Positions 39,259 to 47,681 of a DNA stretch of 64,000 bases are shown piece by piece. A program made the position numbers and the translations under genes. Position 1 is the stretch's first letter. The number at the start of each line of letters is the position of its first letter. The notes beneath the pieces were generated by a model, which had not been told where the DNA came from, made no database searches, and saw nothing but the letters and a program-made list of their open reading frames with translations. Origin of the DNA: Gammaproteobacteria bacterium (GTDB taxonomy: Bacteria > Pseudomonadota > Gammaproteobacteria > Chromatiales > Chromatiaceae); contig JAGRGU010000051.1 in NCBI GenBank assembly GCA_020445335.1, positions 125-64,124 of the forward strand, read 5' to 3'.

Positions 39259-40673
39259 GTACATTGAGAACAGTGCTGTTGCCCCTGATGCTCTTGCTGC
39301 TGCTGCCTGGTTTGGCGCAGGCGGGGCAGGCCAATTTCAAAGTGGTTGTCAGCATCAAGCCGGTGCACTCGATTCTGGCCGCGCTGATGGAGGGCGGCGA
39401 CGCGCCGCTGCTGCTGCTCTCGGGAGAGCAGTCGCCGTTCGACTACCGGCTCGATGAGGAGCAGCGGAAGCAGGTGGCGGAGGCGGATCTTCTGCTCTGG
39501 ACCGGCCCGGAGCTGGAACCCTTTCTGGTCGGGCCGATCGCCAACCTGGGTGAGCGGACGCGGGTGGTGGAGCTGCTCTCCCATCCGGCGCTGAAAATTC
39601 TGCCGCGGCGCTGGCAGGAGGGACAGCGCGACCCGTTCTTCTGGATGGACAGCCGCAATATCGTGATTCTGGCCGATGAACTGGCGCGCCTGCTGATGGA
39701 GCTCGATCCCAATCGCAGCCATCTCTATCTACGCAACCGCAATGCGCTTCACGCCAGGCTGACCGAAATCGACCGTCGCTACGAATACGGCTACCGGGGC
39801 ATGACGCAGGGGATCGCACTGCTATATCACGACTCGCTGCAGTACTTTGCCCAGGCCTACGCGATGCGTCTTGGCGCCATTCTGACGCAGCTGCCGGTGG
39901 AGACGGTGGAGACCGAGAAGCTGCTGCAAGCCCGTAGCGGTCTGCTACAGGGGGAGATCACCTGTCTGCTCACCGAGCGTGGCATGCTGGCTACGCACCT
40001 GCCGCTGCTGACCGAGGGCCTGCAGGTCAATAGCGGCGAACTCGACAGCATGGGCTCGCAGTTCGAGCCGGGTCCCGACCTTTACCGTCAACTGATGGAG
40101 TACAACAGCGGCGTGATCCGCGACTGCCTCGGCGCGCAGCCGGCGCCAACCCCGCCGGAAGCCGAGGCTGATCCGCCGCGTCCCAGCGACGGCCTGGGCG
40201 GTAATTTCCTGTTGACCGATCACAACGGCAACCTGGTGACCGAGCAGGCCCTGCTGGGGAGCTATCATCTGATCTACTTCGGCTACACCTACTGCCCCGA
40301 TATCTGCCCGACCTCGCTGCAGACGCTGAATCTGGCGCTGAACCTCCTTGGTGACGACGCCGGGCGATTCGTCCCATGGCTCATCACCGTCGATCCGGAG
40401 CGCGACAAGGTCGAGGTGTTGCGTGAGTACGTCAAGTACTTCAATGAACGTATGGTCGGCCTGACCGGCACCAAGGCGATGATCGAACGGGTGAGCGCGG
40501 CCTACCGGGTGCGCTACGAAAAGGTGATCGAGGAGGGGGGCGATCCAGAACTCTACACCATGGATCACACCGCGAGCCTGTTTCTGATCGGCCCCGATGG
40601 CCGCTTCATCACCAAGTTCGCCTATGGGATCACCGCCAGGGCGCTGGCGGAGCGCCTGCGCAGTTTTCGTTGA
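39255..40673 (+). CDS. Periplasmic fusion: ZnuA/TroA-like cluster-A substrate-binding domain (degenerate metal site) plus Sco1/SenC thioredoxin-like copper-chaperone domain
   Basis: Signal peptide. N-terminal domain aligns with E. coli ZnuA (GEQSPFDYRL..ADLLLWTGPELEPFL; DPFFWMD; LLYHDSLQYF). C-terminal domain has FGYTYCPDICP (CxxxC) and MDHTAS (conserved His) of the SCO family. Confidence 0.8.
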   Translation: MSTLRTVLLPLMLLLLLPGLAQAGQANFKVVVSIKPVHSILAALMEGGDAPLLLLSGEQSPFDYRLDEEQRKQVAEADLLLWTGPELEPFLVGPIANLGERTRVVELLSHPALKILPRRWQEGQRDPFFWMDSRNIVILADELARLLMELDPNRSHLYLRNRNALHARLTEIDRRYEYGYRGMTQGIALLYHDSLQYFAQAYAMRLGAILTQLPVETVETEKLLQARSGLLQGEITCLLTERGMLATHLPLLTEGLQVNSGELDSMGSQFEPGPDLYRQLMEYNSGVIRDCLGAQPAPTPPEAEADPPRPSDGLGGNFLLTDHNGNLVTEQALLGSYHLIYFGYTYCPDICPTSLQTLNLALNLLGDDAGRFVPWLITVDPERDKVEVLREYVKYFNERMVGLTGTKAMIERVSAAYRVRYEKVIEEGGDPELYTMDHTASLFLIGPDGRFITKFAYGITARALAERLRSFR

Positions 40674-40697
40674 TCGCCGCGGGCGATCTTCGCGAGG

Positions 40698-41975
40698 CTA
40701 GAGTGCCGACGCCAGTAGCGAAGTCTGCTCGAGCCTCGCGGCCAGCGTCTGCAGCAGCGCCTGGTTGAATTTGCTCTGCAGCCTTTCGGAGGCCTGCGTC
40801 AGGGATTCGCTCTTCAGTTTGATGATGCTGACCGGGCCACTACTGACGACGCTGGCGCTGCGCGCGCGCCGGCTGCCCTGGATGTAGGCCATCTCGCCGA
40901 AGCAGTGCCCGGCGGTTACCTTGCCCAGATTGGTCTCGCCCTTGATGACGCGCACCTCTCCGGAAGCGAGGATGAACAGCGAGCCGCCGACGCGACCCTC
41001 CTGCAGCAGCGTTCTGTCGCCGCTGAAATCCCGCCACTCGCTGATGCGCAGCACCTCCCAGAGTTCGACGTCCGAGAAGTTGCGGAAGAAGTGCAATTGC
41101 TTCATGCGGTTGAAGCGGCGGGTATCGGACTCACTGTCGCTGTGGCTCTCCAGCTGGGCGTGCACCTGCGCCAGCGCCTTGCTCAGCTCTCCCCAGTCGG
41201 CGTAGCGTTCCGCCGGCTGTTTCGCCATGCAGCGATAGACGATCTGGCGCACCGGCAGCGGAATGTCGGGACGCAGCTGTTCGATCGGCAGCGGTTGGTT
41301 GTGGCTGACCTTGTTCAGGAGTTCGAACTGATTTTCTGCCTGAAAGGGGAGGCGGCCCGTCAGCAGTTCATACATCACCACGCCGAGTGCGTAGATATCG
41401 GCCTGGTGGGTGATCTCACGGCCGGCAATCTGTTCCGGTGCCATGTAGCTCGGCGTGCCGACGCTGTCGAGCACCTGCGTCAGTTCGCTGTCGACCAGTA
41501 GCGCCGAGCCGAAGTCGCTGATCTTGACGTCGGTGCCGGAGGTGATCAGCAGATTGGCCGGTTTTATATCGCGGTGGATCAGCCCCTGCCTGCAGGCGTA
41601 GTCGAGGGCATTGCTGCATTTGAAGATGATTTCAACCACCTGATCCAGCGGCAGCAGCGCGTCGGGATGGCAGTAGCGCTTCAGTGTCGAGCCGGCGATG
41701 TACTCCATTACGATGTAGAGCATTTCGTGACTGGTACCGGCATCGTAGACACGCACGATATGCGGGTGCTGCAGCTTTCCGGCGAGGCTCGCTTCGTTGA
41801 GAAAGAGCCGCTTCTGGCGGGCTCCGGAGACAGGATCGGCGAGAGAACTCTGACTGGCGATCTTGATCGCCATATCGGACCCGGTGAAAGGGTCGGAAGC
41901 GAGATATACGGAGCTGGTGGCGCCGCGCCCGATCAGTTTGCGGACCTGAAACTTGCCGATCGTGGTTCTGGTCAG
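40698..41975 (-). CDS. Hanks-type Ser/Thr protein kinase fused to a cyclic-nucleotide-binding domain; start codon non-canonical or unresolved
   Basis: HRDIKPANLL, DFG, (S)YMAPE. C-terminal cNMP domain (FGEMAYI...RSASV). The track ORF starts at M in D-M-AIKI (the VAIK lysine strand). Manual translation upstream in frame gives LTRTTIGKFQVRKLIGRGATSSVYLASDPFTGSD, which contains the Gly-rich loop, with no ATG/GTG/TTG back to the in-frame stop at 42062-42060. CTG at 41975-41973 overlaps the upstream gene's TGA. Confidence 0.75.
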   Translation of the reverse strand: MTRTTIGKFQVRKLIGRGATSSVYLASDPFTGSDMAIKIASQSSLADPVSGARQKRLFLNEASLAGKLQHPHIVRVYDAGTSHEMLYIVMEYIAGSTLKRYCHPDALLPLDQVVEIIFKCSNALDYACRQGLIHRDIKPANLLITSGTDVKISDFGSALLVDSELTQVLDSVGTPSYMAPEQIAGREITHQADIYALGVVMYELLTGRLPFQAENQFELLNKVSHNQPLPIEQLRPDIPLPVRQIVYRCMAKQPAERYADWGELSKALAQVHAQLESHSDSESDTRRFNRMKQLHFFRNFSDVELWEVLRISEWRDFSGDRTLLQEGRVGGSLFILASGEVRVIKGETNLGKVTAGHCFGEMAYIQGSRRARSASVVSSGPVSIIKLKSESLTQASERLQSKFNQALLQTLAARLEQTSLLASAL

Positions 41976-42889
41976 TTTGTCGATTGTCGGCTCTCCGTCT
42001 CGAACTGCGCGCAGCGATCGAGATAGCTCTGCATGCTCTTGGGCATGGGTACCCTGGCTTCAGAAAGATAGGTGATCAGCGCGCAGCCTTTTCTGATCAA
42101 CTTCACACCTTTCTCCAAATGTCGGCGCCGCGTCTCGTCCGAGTCGCCCATCGGGTCGAACGCCTCCAGGTTTTCCCGGTTGGCGATGAACTCCGGCCAT
42201 ACGGTGAAGAAAGCGGGATCGGTCTTCATCGTCTCCAGCTGCAGCTTGGCGGCGATGACGAGACTCTCGATGAGGCCGTTGGCGGGACCGAACAGGGGTT
42301 CCTGACCGAGCGCCTGCTGCAGGTGGATGCCGATGCGGTCGATATCGCGCATGGTCTGTGCGATCTTCAGGTAGCGCGACTCGAAAAATTGGATGGTCGA
42401 CTGGGTGAAGGCCTTGAAAGGCTCGCCCCAGAGTTCGTCTATGCCCTCTTCGCCGCTGTAGTGCTTGACCTGTTTGCCGAGTTCCAGCGCCTCCTTGAAG
42501 CAGTCGCCGCATTCGCGCAGCAGCTCGTTGTCCTCGCTGACCTTGACCCCTTTCGCCTCCAGCTCGACCACCGCGGTGAAGATATCGGTTGCGCGGTTGA
42601 ACAGGGCTCCCGCCAGCATCGCACCATTGACTCGACGCCGGCTGGGATCGGTCTGCATCTGGTAAGCCAGACGCGCCACGTCGAGATGTTCGCCCGGTGT
42701 ATTGATGCCACTTTCGGTGTGGTGGAAGGTTCGTCGGGTGAGGTGGTCGATCAGCAACTTGCGCGTTGCCAGGGTATCCTCCGGCACCGCGTAGAAACGG
42801 ATCCAGTATCCGTCGTAGTAGACGCACTCTTTATCGTTGATCCGGCGGCGGGTACCGTTTTCGGACTGGTTGTTCATCGCGCTCGACAT
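41972..42889 (-). CDS. Hypothetical protein (about 305 aa, predicted mostly helical), translationally linked to the kinase gene
   Basis: Long ORF with protein-like composition and no recognised motifs. The start is uncertain (ATG 42889 or 42877, or TTG 42937). Confidence 0.6.
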   Translation of the reverse strand: MSSAMNNQSENGTRRRINDKECVYYDGYWIRFYAVPEDTLATRKLLIDHLTRRTFHHTESGINTPGEHLDVARLAYQMQTDPSRRRVNGAMLAGALFNRATDIFTAVVELEAKGVKVSEDNELLRECGDCFKEALELGKQVKHYSGEEGIDELWGEPFKAFTQSTIQFFESRYLKIAQTMRDIDRIGIHLQQALGQEPLFGPANGLIESLVIAAKLQLETMKTDPAFFTVWPEFIANRENLEAFDPMGDSDETRRRHLEKGVKLIRKGCALITYLSEARVPMPKSMQSYLDRCAQFETESRQSTN

Positions 42890-43033
42890 TGGCCAGGATT
42901 GCACAGAAAAATGGCAGGATTTTCCTATTTCACCCAAGTTTCAGGCCACTATCAATGTTACAGGTCATTAGTTTTGACACAGAAAGCGGATACTATTGAT
43001 AAGTTTAGCTAAATCAGGCGAGAGATTGAGCCG

Positions 43034-43348
43034 GTGTGTATTGGAATTCCGATGAAAATCATAGAGCAGCGGGAGTTCACCGCGCTCTGCCGTGGCAGCA
43101 ACGGGGAGAGAGTGGTCGAGACGCTGCTGATCGGTCCGCAGCCGGAGGGTACCTGGATTCTCAACTTCATGGGTACCGCGCGCGAGGTACTCAGCGAACA
43201 GCAGGCGGAGCAGATCGCGGCGGCGCTGGCGCTGGTCGACGATCTGATGCAGGGCAAGGAGGGGGTGGATATCGACGCCCCGTTCGCGGACCTGATGGAT
43301 CCTGCGCGTCCCCCGGGCGGGTTCGACGTCAAGAAGCATGGCCGCTAG
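43034..43348 (+). CDS. HypC/HupF/HoxL-family [NiFe]-hydrogenase maturation chaperone (with C-terminal extension)
   Basis: GTG start giving MCIGIPMKI, the invariant N-terminal Cys2 motif of HypC-family proteins. At 104 aa it is longer than HypC, as HupF/HoxL are. Confidence 0.8.
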   Translation: MCIGIPMKIIEQREFTALCRGSNGERVVETLLIGPQPEGTWILNFMGTAREVLSEQQAEQIAAALALVDDLMQGKEGVDIDAPFADLMDPARPPGGFDVKKHGR

Positions 43349-44528
43349 CGGCGTCGAGGGAGCGCTGCTGATAGAGCTGCGGCGGTCCGGTGACAAGGTC
43401 GGCAGCGTCACGATCAGCTCCTCCCGCCCTCTGCAGCTGCCGCGGCTCTTCGTCGGCAAGGGAGCAGCTGAAGTCTGCGGCATGCTGCCGCTGCTCTACA
43501 GCGTTTGCGGCCTGGCGCAGGGTTACGCCGCGGCGCTGGCGTTCGAACAGGCGCTGGCGATCGACCCTTCTCCGCAAACTGATCGACTGCGCCGATCGCT
43601 GATCGCTTTCGAGAGCATCAGGGAGCATCTCTGGCGGATCGAGATCGACTGGGCCCGAGCGCTTGGGCTGGAGGCGGACCGGCTCCCGCTGTCACGCCTG
43701 CTGGCACTGATGGCACGCTTTCGCGCCACCCTGTTCGGCGAGCAAGACCCGTTCTTCCCGGGTGCGAGCCCTACTCACGCGAGTCGCTCCACGATGCTCG
43801 AAATCGTTACAGAGCTGGAGTCACTGCTGGCTGGCGCCCTTTTTGGCTGCTCCCCGGCAGTGTGGCTGCAGCGGATGGATGGTGGCGGTTTTTCCGGATG
43901 GATCGAAAAGGGGCAGCGCCCGGCGCAGCTGCTGCTGCGGCAACTTCGCCACGACGGGGAGGGGCGGCTGGGTGCGGCCGGCGTCGAAGCGATGGGTGAT
44001 CTCGACCGCGATCTGCTCCATCTCCGTCTCACCGCGCCGGATGCGGATGAGTTCATAGCCCGACCCGACTGGTTGGGGAGAGTCCCCGAGACCACCGCCT
44101 ACAGTCGTCGAATGCAGCTGCCGGCAGTCGCGCAGCTGACGGCGGAACACGGAGACGGAGTGCTGCCGAGGTTGTTCGCGAGGGTGGTTGAGATCGCATT
44201 GCTGAGCAGCGAATTACACAGCGGTATCGCCGATCCGGAGAGGAGTTCAGAGGAAACGTTCGGCCGCAACGGCCTCGCTCCCGGTGTCGGCCTCGCCCAG
44301 GTGGAGACGGCGCGCGGCCGGCTGGTCCACCGGGTGGAGCTGGCGGGGGAGAGGGTCGGCCGTTACCAGATCCTTGCCCCCACGGAGTGGAATTTTCATC
44401 CCCGAGGCGTGCTGGCACGGGCATTACTCGGTATGCCGGCAGCGAGCGAAGCCGAGCTGCGGCGGCGTGCTGATCTGCTGATCAATGCGATCGATCCCTG
44501 CGTCGGCTATCGGGTGGTCGTCAACTAG
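43338..44528 (+). CDS. HupK/HoxV-like hydrogenase large-subunit-like scaffold protein
   Basis: C-terminal VETARGRLVHRV...YQILAPTEWNFHP...IDPCVGY resembles the [NiFe] large-subunit C-terminus but has a single Cys in place of DPCxxC. The N-terminal R.CG.C motif is degenerate. The gene overlaps the hypC-like gene by 11 nt. Confidence 0.7.
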   Translation: MAASGVEGALLIELRRSGDKVGSVTISSSRPLQLPRLFVGKGAAEVCGMLPLLYSVCGLAQGYAAALAFEQALAIDPSPQTDRLRRSLIAFESIREHLWRIEIDWARALGLEADRLPLSRLLALMARFRATLFGEQDPFFPGASPTHASRSTMLEIVTELESLLAGALFGCSPAVWLQRMDGGGFSGWIEKGQRPAQLLLRQLRHDGEGRLGAAGVEAMGDLDRDLLHLRLTAPDADEFIARPDWLGRVPETTAYSRRMQLPAVAQLTAEHGDGVLPRLFARVVEIALLSSELHSGIADPERSSEETFGRNGLAPGVGLAQVETARGRLVHRVELAGERVGRYQILAPTEWNFHPRGVLARALLGMPAASEAELRRRADLLINAIDPCVGYRVVVN

Positions 44529-44622
44529 TTCCATCGGACAAAACGGCTGGTTTATCCCCCCTTTTTGCCCGGGTCGTTGTATCATAACGGACTGAACGGA
44601 GTGATCTGGCCGGCTATTTGGA

Positions 44623-45687
44623 ATGCGAGTTCTACAGACATTGAAGGCGCGACTGGCCGGATTCGAGATGCGCTGCATTCTTCGCGCGGCCCCGCACACC
44701 AGCAACTGGCTCTGCGGCCGACGCTTGACGGCCGATGTCTCCATTCTCGACGACAAACAGACGCAGGGGCTCCGTTTCCAGGTTAGCTTCCGCACCCCCT
44801 ACCTGCGCCAGCCCATCGCCGTCGAGCGGGATCAGATCGGCACCCTGCGAACTGACGGCGGCTTTGAACCCGGCGCCTTCCGCCTCTTCGACTGGCACTC
44901 CTGGGACCATATCGATGGACATGTCGAGTGGCTGGGGACGCTGCAGAAGGAGATCGACGGCGAAGTGAGAACCTTCGTCACCGGTTTTCGCTACCGCTCG
45001 GTGGCGCTGCCCGCCCATACCGAGAATCTGGGCTTGAGACTGGCGGAGGGGATCGAAGGGACCGCCCGGGTACTGCTCGGCAACGTCGTCGAGCGACTGG
45101 GCTTCGAACCGAGCTACTGGATGCTCGAACGGGAAGCGAAGGGCTACCGGATGGTTGCCATCGTCAAGCCGGAGCTGATGGTGGCGGTGGTCTCGCTGGC
45201 GGATCTTGGCAGCAGCAATGCCGCGACGCGGGCCGAGGCACTCGATCGGCTGGAAGGGTGGGTCAACCACACCTTCGGCGGCATGAGGCCGGAGCGCCGC
45301 CTGGTCCAGCTGCTCCAGTGCGTCAGGGACTGGGGGGCGCTCGGTCAACCGCGTCTGTTCAGCGGCCTGCGGCAGCTGCTCGAGCGCCTGGGACTTGCCG
45401 GTCACGAACAGGCTTTGTTCGAGTTTTTCGCCGACCACTGGGGCGTTCGGGACAACTGGCACGGCCGGCTGGTGGTGATCCGGCTGCTGGAGGCGCAGGG
45501 TACCGAGGGCGCGCGCCTGGTCATGAGCACGATCCACGACTACGTGCAGAATAGGGAAATCCCGGCCCACGAGATGGCGTTGATCCGTTCGGTACTGCAC
45601 GGTCTGGAGCACGACGGTATGCGGGTTGCACCGCTATCCGACAACAGCGGACAGCGGCTGAAGCAGGATCCGGCCTTGACCGGTTGA
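44623..45687 (+). CDS. Hypothetical protein (354 aa)
   Basis: Plus-strand ORF with protein-like composition (W/Y/F spacing, helical C-terminal half). The antisense ORF at 44632-45612 looks like a GC shadow. The start is uncertain (44623 or 44668). Confidence 0.5.
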   Translation: MRVLQTLKARLAGFEMRCILRAAPHTSNWLCGRRLTADVSILDDKQTQGLRFQVSFRTPYLRQPIAVERDQIGTLRTDGGFEPGAFRLFDWHSWDHIDGHVEWLGTLQKEIDGEVRTFVTGFRYRSVALPAHTENLGLRLAEGIEGTARVLLGNVVERLGFEPSYWMLEREAKGYRMVAIVKPELMVAVVSLADLGSSNAATRAEALDRLEGWVNHTFGGMRPERRLVQLLQCVRDWGALGQPRLFSGLRQLLERLGLAGHEQALFEFFADHWGVRDNWHGRLVVIRLLEAQGTEGARLVMSTIHDYVQNREIPAHEMALIRSVLHGLEHDGMRVAPLSDNSGQRLKQDPALTG

Positions 45688-45808
45688 GCGGGCAAGTCTG
45701 CTCTGTTGTCAATCCTCACTCCGAATCTCTCCCATTCTTGAGAGAAGGAGACGTGGGTTTGCGGCCGATTTGGGGTTGTCGAATCCCCACCCGAAGCCGC
45801 CGAAGCAT

Positions 45809-46180
45809 TTACAGAAAACAGCGCTGCTCGGCTTTCAACTGTTGCAACCTGGCAATCTTCTCCTGCGCCGGCATTATTCGTGCCTGCTCGCGGTAGTCGA
45901 GGTAGTAGTCGTAACCGTGGTAAAGGTAGTAGAACTGCGAGAGGAGGGTGCCCGCGGTCAGCGCCACACCCTGGTAAGGGTTCTGGTGGAAAGCCGGTTT
46001 GTAGCTGTAGGTCAAGGGCTGCAGCCGGGCGATCTCGCGCTCCAGTTGGCTACAATCCATCGCCAGCTCGGTCGGCAGGGGCTGCGTCGTCGCCGGTTGC
46101 CGGAACAGCTGGGCCGCGTCAGCCGAAAGGGCCGTCAACAGCAACAGCGATGCCAACGATGAGGCGAGATTTGGATGCAT
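45809..46180 (-). CDS. Small secreted hypothetical protein, Tyr-rich
   Basis: Signal peptide MHPNLASSLASLLLLTALSADA from the ATG at 46180. It lies downstream of the envZ-like gene on the same strand. Confidence 0.55.
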   Translation of the reverse strand: MHPNLASSLASLLLLTALSADAAQLFRQPATTQPLPTELAMDCSQLEREIARLQPLTYSYKPAFHQNPYQGVALTAGTLLSQFYYLYHGYDYYLDYREQARIMPAQEKIARLQQLKAEQRCFL

Positions 46181-46280
46181 GATCAGCTCCGGTTTGTCAG
46201 GCTCTTTAACGGATAGCGGCACCCTGGCGGGAAACTGAAGTGGATTCCCAACCGCAGCCCCGGCTGGGTGGCGTGGCGGA

Positions 46281-47681
46281 CTACTCCTTGCGCAGCGGCA
46301 GCGTAACCACAGCCTCCAGTCCGCGCGGTTCGCCGTGCCGCAGGCTCACCTCGCCGCCGTGACCGCGCGCTATATTGCGGGCGATGCCCAGCCCCAGACC
46401 GGTACCGCCGGTTTCACGGCTGCGCGAGGATTCGGTGCGGTAGAATGGACGGAAGAGCCGCTCCAGGTCATCCTCCTCCACGCCCGGTCCGTCGTCGTGG
46501 ATGACGATGGTGAGGTTGGATGCGTCCTGCTTCAGGGTCACCACGGCACTGTCGCCGTAGCGAATCGCGTTTTCGATAAGGTTGGTGAGGCAGCGCTTCA
46601 ACGCCAGCGGCCGGCCGACGTAGGGCGAAATATCGCCCTGCTTGATGATCTCGAGCTCCTGCCCGAGATCATGCAGATCGTCCTGCAGGGACTCCACCAG
46701 CGCCGTGATATCGATCGTACCGGCCTGCTCCTGCTGCTCGCTGCCGCGCATGAACTCGAGTGTGGCGTTGACCATCTTCTCCATCTCGTCCAGATCGCGG
46801 CGGAACTTTTCGGCGGTTTCGTCCTGCTCGATCATCTCGGTGCGCAATCTGAGGCGGGTGATGGGGGTTTTCAGGTCGTGCGAGATGGCCGCCAGAATCT
46901 CCCCGCGATCTTCTATAAAACGTCGTAGCCGGTGCTGCATGGTGTTGAACGCGGCGCTTGCGCGTCGCAGTTCGGTGCTCCCCTTCTCCTCCAGCGGCGG
47001 GCTTTGCAGATCCTTGCCGAGTCGCTCCGCAGCGTCGGCCAGCGTGCGCAGCGGGCGCGTTGCCAGACGCACCGCCAGCAGCGACAGTATGATCACCGAG
47101 ACGATCAGAGTGCCGAGATAGGCGAGCAGTTTGAACGGCCAGGCCTGCAGCGCCTCCAGCAGCCGCTTCTCGAACAGAATCCAGGAGCCATCGTGCAAGC
47201 GGATCTGGATCTGAAAGCTCTCCGGGCGCGGGAATCTGCGCCAGGGCCGCTCTCGGTCCCGCTCCGGGGTTTCGTCGCTGTGATCACCGGGCGGGCGCTC
47301 GGGTCTCCGGTCGAAGTGGCGCGGCTTCAGGTGGACCCACATCTCCTGGTGCCGCGGCAGCTGCTCGCGCAGCATCCGCTCCAGATGCCGTTCGAACGGC
47401 AGACCGACACCGGGTCGGGCAACCGGCTGCCGGGTTATCTCGATGTGCAACAGCAGACCGTTGAACGCGGTGAGGATTCGCTTCCGATCCGCAGGCAGGG
47501 TCTCTTCGATCAGATTGACGATTGCGCCGATTCGGTCTATCAGGTCGACACCGATGCTCCGGCGAAACATTTCGTGCCGGTCGCGCAGCAGAATGGTTGC
47601 GCTCAACACCTGCGCCAGCAGCAGACCGACGATCAGGATCAGCGTCAGGCGCCCGAACAGCGAACCCGGCAGCAGTCTCAT
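46281..47681 (-). CDS. envZ: EnvZ-like sensor histidine kinase (2 TM, HAMP, HisKA, HATPase_c)
   Basis: AAISHDLKTPITRLRL H-box, NLIENAIRYG, DDGPGV, GGTGLGLGIAR. ATGA overlap with the ompR stop. Confidence 0.8.
   Translation of the reverse strand: MRLLPGSLFGRLTLILIVGLLLAQVLSATILLRDRHEMFRRSIGVDLIDRIGAIVNLIEETLPADRKRILTAFNGLLLHIEITRQPVARPGVGLPFERHLERMLREQLPRHQEMWVHLKPRHFDRRPERPPGDHSDETPERDRERPWRRFPRPESFQIQIRLHDGSWILFEKRLLEALQAWPFKLLAYLGTLIVSVIILSLLAVRLATRPLRTLADAAERLGKDLQSPPLEEKGSTELRRASAAFNTMQHRLRRFIEDRGEILAAISHDLKTPITRLRLRTEMIEQDETAEKFRRDLDEMEKMVNATLEFMRGSEQQEQAGTIDITALVESLQDDLHDLGQELEIIKQGDISPYVGRPLALKRCLTNLIENAIRYGDSAVVTLKQDASNLTIVIHDDGPGVEEDDLERLFRPFYRTESSRSRETGGTGLGLGIARNIARGHGGEVSLRHGEPRGLEAVVTLPLRKE

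Noticed and set aside
41960-41990. Programmed -1 ribosomal frameshift fusing the 305-aa protein to the kinase.
   Set aside because: The kinase frame is -1 relative to the upstream frame. However, the sequence before the stop (TCG ACA AAC TGA) contains no X-XXY-YYZ slippery heptamer, and no obvious downstream stimulatory structure was seen. Termination-reinitiation at the CTGA overlap or a sequence error is more parsimonious.
44632-45612. 326-aa minus-strand ORF competing with the 354-aa plus-strand hypothetical.
   Set aside because: The minus-strand product is dominated by Q/P/R/H/D/A runs without hydrophobic periodicity, and the plus-strand product looks protein-like. Neither strand has a recognised motif, so this rejection is only moderately confident.
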